Shown here: piece by piece, positions 24,401-31,154 of the stretch
How the letters are laid out: each line of letters starts with the position of its first letter
Position numbering within the stretch: the first letter of the stretch is position 1
Assembly (NCBI GenBank): GCA_036375355.1
Contig: DASURX010000135.1
Coordinates: forward strand, 1-40,975
Direction: 5' to 3'
Origin: Candidatus Limnocylindria bacterium
Lineage (GTDB): Bacteria > Chloroflexota > Limnocylindria > QHBO01
Length of the DNA: 40,975 nucleotides
Made by a program: the position numbers and the translations under genes
The notes under the pieces: generated by a model
What the model was told of the DNA's origin: nothing
The model's database searches: none
The model's input: only the letters and a program-made list of their open reading frames with translations

Positions 24401-26182
24401 CGGCTGCTGGTGGCGACCGACGGCGGCCAGCCCCACCTGGTGCAGGTCGACGTCGGCAGCAACGCCTTCGCCTGGCGCCTCGCCGGCATCGCCTTCGGAT
24501 CGATCCTGGTGGCGCTCATCTACCTGCTGGCCGCCACGATGTTCCGCCGCCGCCGCATCGCCGTCCTGGCCGCCGCCTTCGTTGCCTTCGACGCGATGAG
24601 CTACGTGATGAGCCGGATCAGCATGAACGACATCTTCGTGGCGGTCTTCATCGCGGCGGCGTACCTGCTCTTCTGGCAGATCTGGTCCGGCCGCTGGGCG
24701 CGCAGCGCGTGGTGGGTGCTGCCGGTGGTCGGCGTGCTCATCGGGCTGGCGGCAGCCACCAAGTGGGTCGGCATCTACGCCCTGCTGGGCCTGTGGGTGC
24801 TGGTCCTGGCCCGGTCGCGCCTGGGACGCTTCCTGCTGGTGGCGGCCGTCGCCTTCCTGGCGGTGGTGGGCGGCATCGGCGCGCCGTGGCCATTCCTGGT
24901 GGTCTGCCTGGCGGCGCTGGCGATCGCCCTGCTCGTGGTCTGGCAGCGACCGATCCAGCTCGACATGCGCGACCTGGGCGGGCTGGCGGCAAGCGGCGTG
25001 GTGCTGGGAGGCATCGGCCTGGCCTTCGCGATGGCCTTCAACCAGGTGCCGGGCGCCAGCGAGCCGCGCAGCGCGGTCGAGCTCGTCTTCTCCGTGCTGG
25101 CCCGCGGCACCCAGGCGGCGTGGCCGGCCTGGATCATGGTCGCGCTGGCCGGCGTGCTGCTGCTGGCGCGCGCGGTCCTGTCGCTGGCGCGTCCCACCTC
25201 GGACCGCCGCTGGCTGCAGCCGGGAGAGATGGCGGGCTTCGCGTGGCCGTGGATCGGCGCCAGCCTGGCGGTGATCCCGCTGGTCGTCTATTTCCTGTCG
25301 TACGTGCCCTACCTGGAGCTCGGCCACGCCATCTCCGGCGCGAAGGCCGGTCCGGGCTACGGCTGGGCGCTCGACCAGCTGCAGTTCCAGATGTTCGGCT
25401 ACCACTTCGGGCTGCAGGCCGGGCACGCCTCCGCCTCACCCTGGTGGAGCTGGCCGCTCGACCTCAAGCCGGTCTGGTTCTACGGGCACGACATGGACAA
25501 CCGCACCATCGCGGTGGTCTACAACGGCGGCAACCCGATCCTGTTCTGGGCTGGCGTGCCGGCCATCGCCTTCTGCGCGGTCATGGCCTGGAAGCGCCGC
25601 TCTCCGGCGCTGGTGCTGCTCGTCGTCGCCTTCGCCTTCCAGTTCCTGCCGTGGACCCGGATCGAGCGCGCGACGTTCGCGTACCACTACCTGACAGCGG
25701 TCATCTTCGCCATGGTGGCGGTGGCCTACGTGGTGGACGAGGCGCTGCGCTCCTGGAACTGGCGGCCGTTCGCCATCGCGTTCCTGGTGCTGGCGGTGAT
25801 CGCCGGCATCCTCGTCTATCCCATGGGCGCGGCGCTGGCCATGCCCGACTGGTACATCAACCAGGCCCGTGCGCTGCCGCCGTGGAACTACGCGTTCAAG
25901 TTCCCCGACCCGCCGCAGGGCGACCGCGGGCAGCTGATCAGCGCGGACAGCCTGAAGCTGGCGCTCGGCGCGCTGGTCGCGCTGAGCGCCGCTGCCTTCG
26001 CCCTGTTCGGACGTTCCTGGCTAGCCGGGCCGGCGGCGCATCGAGACGGCGAGCAGGACGAGGCCGAGCAGGACGAGGCCTATCGGCCACAGCAGGTCGC
26101 GGTCGATGCCCGGGACGAACTGGTCGACCAGGAACCAGGCCCCCAGGCCGATCAGGATCAGCCCGAAGATCATCCCGCCTGA
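21488..26182 (+). CDS. Giant (about 1564 aa) fused GT-C glycosyltransferase: an N-terminal ALG6/PIG-V-like module plus a PMT (GT39)-like module interrupted by a soluble insertion
   Basis: The start is taken at ATG 21488. The ORF-track start 20951 runs antisense through the neighbouring gene. Module 1 carries FSDYPPGYLY and RVHERYLFP. Module 2 carries HFDEVYHARSA, HPMLAKY and a PMT-like C-terminus FAYHYLTAV. Confidence 0.85.
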   Translation: MTRDSVRERGAWPFGLRVPRDPATAVILIIVAGVLLRVLLAGVLLPLSGFRIDVVDFSAWAQRLADGGPGAFYETGYFSDYPPGYLYVLWVIGSVGKALQPLTFGVDVTPGLVKLPGLLADVGVAWLLFAYCRRFLPGLGGWSGERIGMIAAAIYVLNPGTIFNSAVWGQVDSVGALVVLGTLYLLARGWTEAASVAAVLALLVKFQYAFVIPIVAIVGIKRHLFGRSTDPELDGRPDPLRVLTSLAAGLGTLVGLIWPFGMAVWSPSQPSHSLIDKFVAAANQYKGLTINGFNWWRNPWSGLGDTITWGCDAPNPPGCTDGAGIAFTIGSSAVSWQLVGTVLFVLVALVAYWYVARRDDAVGLLDASLVLAVAFFALPTRVHERYLFPALALAAPLVARGWRWAVLYGLLALSFFANVYWVYTADWSFAGDPPMNPGVGGLPMTRDPFLAGTLFSDWGIYLLSWMSLLLLGLLVWRTSRLAWRGVPLPERAPLAAAAGPPPQAVGAPSVDDLPVADPGGYEGGPLERLRAWLRPDPSDPYLREKPRRLDRLDVALVIGLVLLAFAFRLWRLDTPRGMHFDEVYHARSATEWLADWQEGWTRDTYEWTHPMLAKYLIAAGIVLADPNKVVAATEVEEPISALAIAPQRTAYSRPISVAFTAAGGTTITARNAVSGEVIARWDAPAAVASLGYDPDSERLLVGPVAGGDVTIYDLAAFLSSRGERSPPPVTQSIPTGLAGVVEIQVPDAQAVVLFRGPDGLVEVERVTGAELARSEIRAGGMGYLPGTSSDDAEGPMVVVTDMDRGVLAVLDGGTLQPLRAGTGDRIEELPAPPVGPLALQGGGNDLQVFVLVGALPANDQHPAVEGGMAVFDQRVNLIDTAPLPGAPKLIGWQAASDASVCGSAVGGCGWLIYVAGDDASSGQPAVWAVQPIGTSANQASGFAAFDTTLLPGEPTAMAFDVNNHDQDDDHARLLVATDGGQPHLVQVDVGSNAFAWRLAGIAFGSILVALIYLLAATMFRRRRIAVLAAAFVAFDAMSYVMSRISMNDIFVAVFIAAAYLLFWQIWSGRWARSAWWVLPVVGVLIGLAAATKWVGIYALLGLWVLVLARSRLGRFLLVAAVAFLAVVGGIGAPWPFLVVCLAALAIALLVVWQRPIQLDMRDLGGLAASGVVLGGIGLAFAMAFNQVPGASEPRSAVELVFSVLARGTQAAWPAWIMVALAGVLLLARAVLSLARPTSDRRWLQPGEMAGFAWPWIGASLAVIPLVVYFLSYVPYLELGHAISGAKAGPGYGWALDQLQFQMFGYHFGLQAGHASASPWWSWPLDLKPVWFYGHDMDNRTIAVVYNGGNPILFWAGVPAIAFCAVMAWKRRSPALVLLVVAFAFQFLPWTRIERATFAYHYLTAVIFAMVAVAYVVDEALRSWNWRPFAIAFLVLAVIAGILVYPMGAALAMPDWYINQARALPPWNYAFKFPDPPQGDRGQLISADSLKLALGALVALSAAAFALFGRSWLAGPAAHRDGEQDEAEQDEAYRPQQVAVDARDELVDQEPGPQADQDQPEDHPA

Positions 26183-26557
26183 GCCCGTGCCGCGCCGGCG
26201 CGGGTAGGCAGGTCCACGGTAGCCCGCGTCCCACACCGGCTGGGCCGATGGCGCCGCCGCCTCGCCGGGAACGCCGGCACCCGGGGTCGCCTCCCCGCCC
26301 TCGACCGTGCCCGCGAGTGGCGCGGCTTCTCCTGGGGCAGCGGCGTAGGCGCCCGGGTAGCTGCCCTGCGGCGGTCCCTCGGGCACCACGATCCACATCA
26401 CGATGTAGAGCACGAAGAAGATGCCGCCGGTGACGATGGCGAGCACGGCCCACACGATCCGCACGATCGACGGGTCGATGTCCAGGTATTCGGCGACGCC
26501 CCCGGCGACCCCGCCGATGACGGAGTCGGTGCGGGAGCGGTACAGGCGTCGGTTCAC
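26021..26557 (-). CDS. PspC domain membrane protein
   Basis: The N-terminus reads RLYRSRTDSVIGGVAGGVAEYLDIDPSIVRIVWAVLAI, a canonical PspC domain, followed by TM segments. Confidence 0.85.
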   Translation of the reverse strand: MNRRLYRSRTDSVIGGVAGGVAEYLDIDPSIVRIVWAVLAIVTGGIFFVLYIVMWIVVPEGPPQGSYPGAYAAAPGEAAPLAGTVEGGEATPGAGVPGEAAAPSAQPVWDAGYRGPAYPRRRGTGSGGMIFGLILIGLGAWFLVDQFVPGIDRDLLWPIGLVLLGLVLLAVSMRRRPG

Positions 26558-27525
26558 GAGCAGCCTCCTTCAGGGTTGAGCTCGAAGCTGGCGGCATTGC
26601 CCTCCAGCCGGATGTCGATCTTGTGCGCGGCGCCCTCGAACCCGTCGGTGGTCCACGTGTCGTCGGACTGGTTCAGCCCCGCGTCGTCCAGGTTGTGGCT
26701 GAAGGTGATGTTGCCGTCCACCACGAACCGCAGGCCGACCGCGGGATCGGTGCACAGCTTCAGGCTCCCGGCATTCATGCCGATGTCGCCCGCCAGGTCG
26801 GTCGCGCCATCGGTCAGGATGCGGGCCGAGCCGGCGTTCATCGAGAGCGAGAAGTCATCGGCGCCGGTGCCGGACAGGTCGATGCGCAGGTCGTTGGCGT
26901 TGGGGTCGATGGCCAGGTTCGAGAACTGGCCGCCGGCCAGGTCCAGCCGGCTCGTGCCGGCGTTGGCGTTGATCTGAAGGTCGTAGGTCACGTCGGTTCC
27001 CAGGGTGACCTCCCAGCGCTGCTTGCCCTCGTTGCCGAAGCCGAAGCCACCCTCCGGCGAGCGGATGGTGAGTGAGCCGTCATCGGAGCTGAGCCGCACC
27101 TCGCGGTTGTCGCCGGTGACGCCGGTGCGCGCCTGCCAGTCGGAGCCGCCGGCCATGGCCACCTCGAGCGTCCCGCAGTTGAAGTCCAGGTCGACCGAGG
27201 CCGAGCCGCCGCCGAAGGTGCCCGACTCGGTCTGCAGGTCGGTCGGGTCGGCGCCGCCACAGTTGAAGCCGATGGTCGGGCCGACGCTGAAGAGCGCCCC
27301 GGCACCGATGCCGACCACCAGCGCGGCGACGACGGTGCCGAGCGGCGCGAACGGGGTGCGGGCCAGGATGATGCCCAGGCCGATGGCGACTAGGATCAGC
27401 GGCCACAGCCGCCAGGCGTCCACCAGCAGGTTGCGATCGATGATGCCCTGCTGCACCCCGAGCGCGACCGCTCCGGCGGTGATCAGGGCCAGCCCCCAGA
27501 AGAGGAGGCCGCGGTTGATGTGCAT
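26554..27525 (-). CDS. LiaF-like / toastrack (DUF4097/DUF2154-like) membrane protein
   Basis: The start is taken at ATG 27525 (MHINRGLLFWG). Four N-terminal TM segments are followed by a repetitive beta-rich domain (DLxIxxNAGS-type repeats). It overlaps the pspC-domain gene by 4 nt. Confidence 0.75.
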   Translation of the reverse strand: MHINRGLLFWGLALITAGAVALGVQQGIIDRNLLVDAWRLWPLILVAIGLGIILARTPFAPLGTVVAALVVGIGAGALFSVGPTIGFNCGGADPTDLQTESGTFGGGSASVDLDFNCGTLEVAMAGGSDWQARTGVTGDNREVRLSSDDGSLTIRSPEGGFGFGNEGKQRWEVTLGTDVTYDLQINANAGTSRLDLAGGQFSNLAIDPNANDLRIDLSGTGADDFSLSMNAGSARILTDGATDLAGDIGMNAGSLKLCTDPAVGLRFVVDGNITFSHNLDDAGLNQSDDTWTTDGFEGAAHKIDIRLEGNAASFELNPEGGCS

Positions 27526-27544
27526 GGCGAGATCCCTTCTCGGT

Positions 27545-27569
27545 GCGGGATTCGATATCGCGGGATTCG
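27545..27569. repeat. Direct repeat GCGGGATTCG-ATATC-GCGGGATTCG immediately upstream of the toastrack gene start
   Basis: Two identical 10-mers lie at 27545-27554 and 27560-27569, 20-44 nt from start codon 27525. Confidence 0.6.
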
Positions 27570-27697
27570 GGTTCGCCCCCAGCCTGCCCATTCTCGCAAA
27601 CCGGCGATAGAGCCCAACGGCCCTCCGTCCCCCGTCGCTCGGCCTGGTGACGTACGCCGGGTCGGCAGCCTACGTCGTTTGTCCCAGGTCCGATTCC

Positions 27698-27727
27698 TTG
27701 ACATCGAGAGGTGTGGCGCCGTATCCT
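27698..27727 (+). promoter_or_regulatory. Strong sigma-70-like promoter: TTGACA, 18-nt spacer, TATCCT
   Basis: The -35 is consensus at 27698-27703 and the TAnnnT -10 is at 27722-27727. Confidence 0.5.
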
Positions 27728-27809
27728 CCGCCGGCGGCCAGAACGAACGACCCGTCGTTCGCCATGCCGTCCGGCCAATCAACCACCTAGCGAGGACCGA
27801 TTCAAGGCA

Positions 27810-27902
27810 ATGAATCTCCTTCGGAGCACCCTCATCGCGTGCCCCCCGATGACGCCTATCAAGGGCGCCTTCGACGGGAGATCTGTGCCCGCATCGAGCT
27901 GA
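27810..27902 (+). CDS. Candidate 30-aa leader peptide or uORF (MNLLRSTLIACPPMTPIKGAFDGRSVPASS)
   Basis: It lies between the promoter and the terminator. GC3 is about 80%. The SD is weak (AAGG). Confidence 0.2.
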   Translation: MNLLRSTLIACPPMTPIKGAFDGRSVPASS

Positions 27903-27939
27903 CGAGAGCGGCGGCAAGGCCGCCAACGACAGCCACGAG

Positions 27940-27969
27940 CCGTGGGCCAGATCGGGTCCACGGTTTTTT
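27940..27969 (+). terminator. Intrinsic terminator or attenuator: 9-bp stem CCGTGGGCC/GGGTCCACGG with one G:U pair, 6-nt loop, T6
   Basis: Stem arms are at 27940-27948 and 27955-27963, followed by TTTTTT at 27964-27969. It lies 78 nt upstream of the ABC ATPase start. Confidence 0.65.
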
Positions 27970-28047
27970 GATGCCCCATCCGGGGCGTCGACACGAGCCG
28001 CGGACCCGCGAGGGAACCGCGGCTCGTTCCATCTCCGCGAGGAAGTA

Positions 28048-28998
28048 ATGGCTGAGCAACCAGAGGACAACGACATGACCGGCATCGCCGAACAAGAGAA
28101 GACGAAGACGGTCGCGGGCGAGGCTCGCCGCGCACCGATGCCGGCGCCGGCCCTGGAGAATGCTCCGCGGAGGGACGGTGGCGTCGGCGCGCCGCCGGCG
28201 CTGCTCATCGAGCACGTCAGCAAGCGGTTCTCGGTCGGGCGCAAGAAGAAGCCGGTGATCGCCGTGAACGACGTGACGATGCGCATCCCGCGCGGGTCGA
28301 TCCACGGCGTGCTCGGCGCGAACGGCAGCGGCAAGTCGACGCTGATCCGGCTGGTCAGCACGCTGCTGACGCTCGACTCCGGTCGGGTGGAGGTGTTCGG
28401 CCACGACATCGTCCGCGACGAGATGGCCGTCAAGCGCCTGATCAACCGGGTGAGCGTGGACGCCGCCTTCTTCAAGAAGCTCTCGCCGCACGAGAACCTG
28501 ACCTACGCCGCGCGCCTGTACGGGCTGGATGCCCGCCAGGCGAAGGCGGACGCGATCAGGATCCTGGCGCGGCTTGGCATCGGCGAGAAGCGGCTGGGGC
28601 GGCCGCTGGAGCAGATGAGCCGGGGCATGCAGCAGAAGGTCGCCATCGCGCGCGCGCTGCTGACCAGCCCGGTGCTGATGCTCCTGGACGAGCCGACCAC
28701 CGGCCTCGACCCGCGCTCGAAGCTGGATGTGCAGGCCTTCATCGAGGACCTGCGCGACAGCCACGACGCGACGATCGTGCTGACCACGCACGACCTGGAC
28801 GAGGCGGATCGACTCTGCGACCGGATCTCGATCATCAACGACGGGCGAATCGTCGCCGAGGACACCCCGGCCGGCCTGAAGGCGATGGTCGCCGAGCGTT
28901 ACGGCCTGGAGCCGACCCTGAACAGCGTGTTCATGCAGTTCACCGGCCGCTCCCTGGACGACGACATCAACGACGACGACGAGAACGAAGACGAGTAG
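28048..28998 (+). CDS. ABC-2 type exporter ATP-binding protein (DrrA-like) with an N-terminal extension of about 55 aa
   Basis: Walker A is GANGSGKST, the signature variant is MSRGMQQK, Walker B is LMLLDEPTTGLD and the H-loop is TTHD. The tail is acidic. Confidence 0.9.
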   Translation: MAEQPEDNDMTGIAEQEKTKTVAGEARRAPMPAPALENAPRRDGGVGAPPALLIEHVSKRFSVGRKKKPVIAVNDVTMRIPRGSIHGVLGANGSGKSTLIRLVSTLLTLDSGRVEVFGHDIVRDEMAVKRLINRVSVDAAFFKKLSPHENLTYAARLYGLDARQAKADAIRILARLGIGEKRLGRPLEQMSRGMQQKVAIARALLTSPVLMLLDEPTTGLDPRSKLDVQAFIEDLRDSHDATIVLTTHDLDEADRLCDRISIINDGRIVAEDTPAGLKAMVAERYGLEPTLNSVFMQFTGRSLDDDINDDDENEDE

Positions 28999-29022
28999 CG
29001 GAACAGAAAGGAGGTGAGAACC

Positions 29023-29226
29023 GTGTGGATCCATCCGACCCCACAGGACCTGGTCCGGCATCACGAGCGTCGCGTGGCGCAGCTGCGCCGCGAGATCCAT
29101 GGCCGATCCGGCCGCCGGCCCGTGTCCGAGAGCCGCCAGGTGCGGCGCTGGGTCGGCCGACAGCTCGTTCGCGCGGGCGAGCGGCTGGCGGCGGACCCGT
29201 CTCTGCGGCCGGTCCGTTCCCGATAA
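29023..29226 (+). CDS. Small Arg-rich hypothetical protein (67 aa) between the ABC ATPase and permease genes
   Basis: AAAGGAGGTGA (29007-29017) lies 8 nt before GTG 29023. GC3 is about 84%. No family was recognised. Confidence 0.5.
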   Translation: MWIHPTPQDLVRHHERRVAQLRREIHGRSGRRPVSESRQVRRWVGRQLVRAGERLAADPSLRPVRSR

Positions 29227-29268
29227 GGGGACGGACCGGCTCAGCCAATCGACAGGAGTGAACCAACG

Positions 29269-30069
29269 ATGACCCTGATGAGCCGCGAGCTGAAGGCGTC
29301 CTTCGCCTTCGTCGAGCGGAACTTCAACCTCTCAAAGCGATATTGGGGCTGGGAGATCGCCTGGCTCGTCTACTCGGTCGCCGGTGCCCTGGCGGTGAGC
29401 CTCATCGGCCTGGCCGAGGGGAACGAGCGGCTGCTCATCACCCTGATCATCGGGACCATCTTCTGGAGCTACCTGTCGATCGTCTTCGAGTTCATTGCCG
29501 AGGCGGTCCAGTGGGAGCGCTGGGAGGGAACGCTCGAGTACACGTTCATGGCGCCCGTGCGGCGCTATGCGCAGCTGCTCGGTGCGGCGCTGTACGCCGT
29601 CCTGTTCGGGCTGGTGCACACGCTCTTCGTCCTGCTGGTCCTGGTGCTCTTCTTCCAGCTGGACCTGGGGCACGCGAACTTCGCCACCGCGGTGACCTTC
29701 ACGCTGCTCGGCACTGTGAGCTTCGCCGGCATCGGCATCGCGGCCTCCATCCTGCCGCTGATGTACGTCGAGCGCGGGGCGCAGATGGTCTTCGTCATCC
29801 AGTCGGTGCTGCTGCTGGTCAGCGGCGTCTACTACAGCGTGGACATCCTCCCCGGCTGGATGCAGACGATCAGCGCCTTCTCCCCGGCGACCTACGTCCT
29901 GGACGGCGTGCGCGCCGGCCTGATCGACGGCGTCGGGGTGGGCGACCTGCTCCACGACGTGTGGCCGCTGCTGGTGATGGGCGCGGTGCTCATCCCGGCC
30001 GGGCTGTGGGCGTTCGGCGTGGCCGAGCGCTACGCCAAGCGGACGGGAAAGCTGAAGCGCGTTGGCTGA
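29269..30069 (+). CDS. ABC-2 type transporter permease (6 TM)
   Basis: The hydrophobic profile and size (266 aa) are typical of ABC-2 permeases. It lies downstream of the ATPase. Confidence 0.85.
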   Translation: MTLMSRELKASFAFVERNFNLSKRYWGWEIAWLVYSVAGALAVSLIGLAEGNERLLITLIIGTIFWSYLSIVFEFIAEAVQWERWEGTLEYTFMAPVRRYAQLLGAALYAVLFGLVHTLFVLLVLVLFFQLDLGHANFATAVTFTLLGTVSFAGIGIAASILPLMYVERGAQMVFVIQSVLLLVSGVYYSVDILPGWMQTISAFSPATYVLDGVRAGLIDGVGVGDLLHDVWPLLVMGAVLIPAGLWAFGVAERYAKRTGKLKRVG

Positions 30070-30140
30070 GCAACGCAGGTATCGACGGGTCCGCGGGGAT
30101 CCCCGCGGACTCACCTCCACACGACGGGAACCATGGATTG

Positions 30141-31154
30141 ATGAAGACGACTGAATCGAAGGCGGCGTCGGCGCCGCCCGACCTCCGGTTCCGGAGCCTC
30201 AGCGGCGACGAGGACCTCCACGCCATGGTGGGCATCTTCCGAGCCGCCAACCAGGCCGATGGCATCGACGAACGCATCTCGTACGAGGCGCTCGCGAACT
30301 GGATCGGCCATCCCAGCGAGCACTTCGAGCCGAGCCGCGACGTCCTGATCGCGGAGGTCGACGGACGGCCGATCGGCTACGGCTGGACGACCTGGGTCGA
30401 CACCTCTGACGGCGTGCGCGAGTACGCCACCCGCGGCCACGTTCATCCCGACTGGCGGCGGCGTGGGATCGGCACGGCCATGCTGCTGCGCAACGAGGCG
30501 CGGCTGCGCGAGCTCGCCGGGCAGCACGTCACGGACCGCCGGAAGATGTACACGGCCTTCGCGCCGGACGCGCGGCCGGGCGCGATGGCGCTGCTCGAGC
30601 GCCACGGCTACCAGCCGGTGCGCTGGTTCTTCGACATGGTCCGACCGCACATGGACGGGATCGTCGTCCCGCCGCTGCCCGAGGGCATGGAGATCCGCCC
30701 GGTGAGCGGGCGCGCCCAGCTGCGGCAGCTGTTCGACGCCGACGTCGAGGCGTTCCGCGACCACTGGGGCGGCTTCGACGCGACCGACGCCTCGTTCGAG
30801 GCATTCCTGGACGACCCGGACTACGACCCGTCGCTGTCCGTGGTGGCCTGGGACGGCGACGAGATCGCCGGAGCGGTGATCAACGTGATCAACGAGTCGG
30901 AGAACCGCGAGCTGAACCGGCTGCGCGGCCTGCTGGACTCGGTGTTCACCCGGCGGCCCTGGCGCGGCCGGGGCCTGGCATCGGCCCTGGTCGGTCGTTC
31001 GCTGGCGCTGCTGCGCGAGCGCGGCATGACGAGCGCCTGGCTGGGGGTGGACGCCGACAACCCCCTCGGCGCGCTGCACCTGTACCAGAAGCACGGCTTC
31101 GCCGTCGACAAGCGCGGCACCGAGTACCGCCGCCCGATGGAACCGGACCGATGA
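30141..31154 (+). CDS. Two-domain GNAT acetyltransferase, mycothiol synthase (MshD)-like, copy 1
   Basis: The start is ATG 30141. There are two GNAT cores: HVHPDWRRRGIGTAML and VFTRRPWRGRGLASALV...GVDADNPLGALHLYQKHGF. Confidence 0.8.
   Translation: MKTTESKAASAPPDLRFRSLSGDEDLHAMVGIFRAANQADGIDERISYEALANWIGHPSEHFEPSRDVLIAEVDGRPIGYGWTTWVDTSDGVREYATRGHVHPDWRRRGIGTAMLLRNEARLRELAGQHVTDRRKMYTAFAPDARPGAMALLERHGYQPVRWFFDMVRPHMDGIVVPPLPEGMEIRPVSGRAQLRQLFDADVEAFRDHWGGFDATDASFEAFLDDPDYDPSLSVVAWDGDEIAGAVINVINESENRELNRLRGLLDSVFTRRPWRGRGLASALVGRSLALLRERGMTSAWLGVDADNPLGALHLYQKHGFAVDKRGTEYRRPMEPDR

Noticed and set aside
22372-26433. Long same-strand out-of-frame ORFs (22372-24063, 24265-26433, 21277-22188) inside the giant glycosyltransferase gene
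   Set aside because: The translations are Arg/Pro/Gly-rich and have no TM pattern. The chosen frame gives coherent GT-C motifs and TM helices throughout.
27779-28135. ORFs 27779-28135 (-), 27839-28048 (+) and 27520-27813 (+) in the toastrack-ABC intergenic region
   Set aside because: The translations are Arg/Pro/Cys-rich, there is no SD, and they cross the predicted promoter and terminator. The region is better explained as a regulatory leader.
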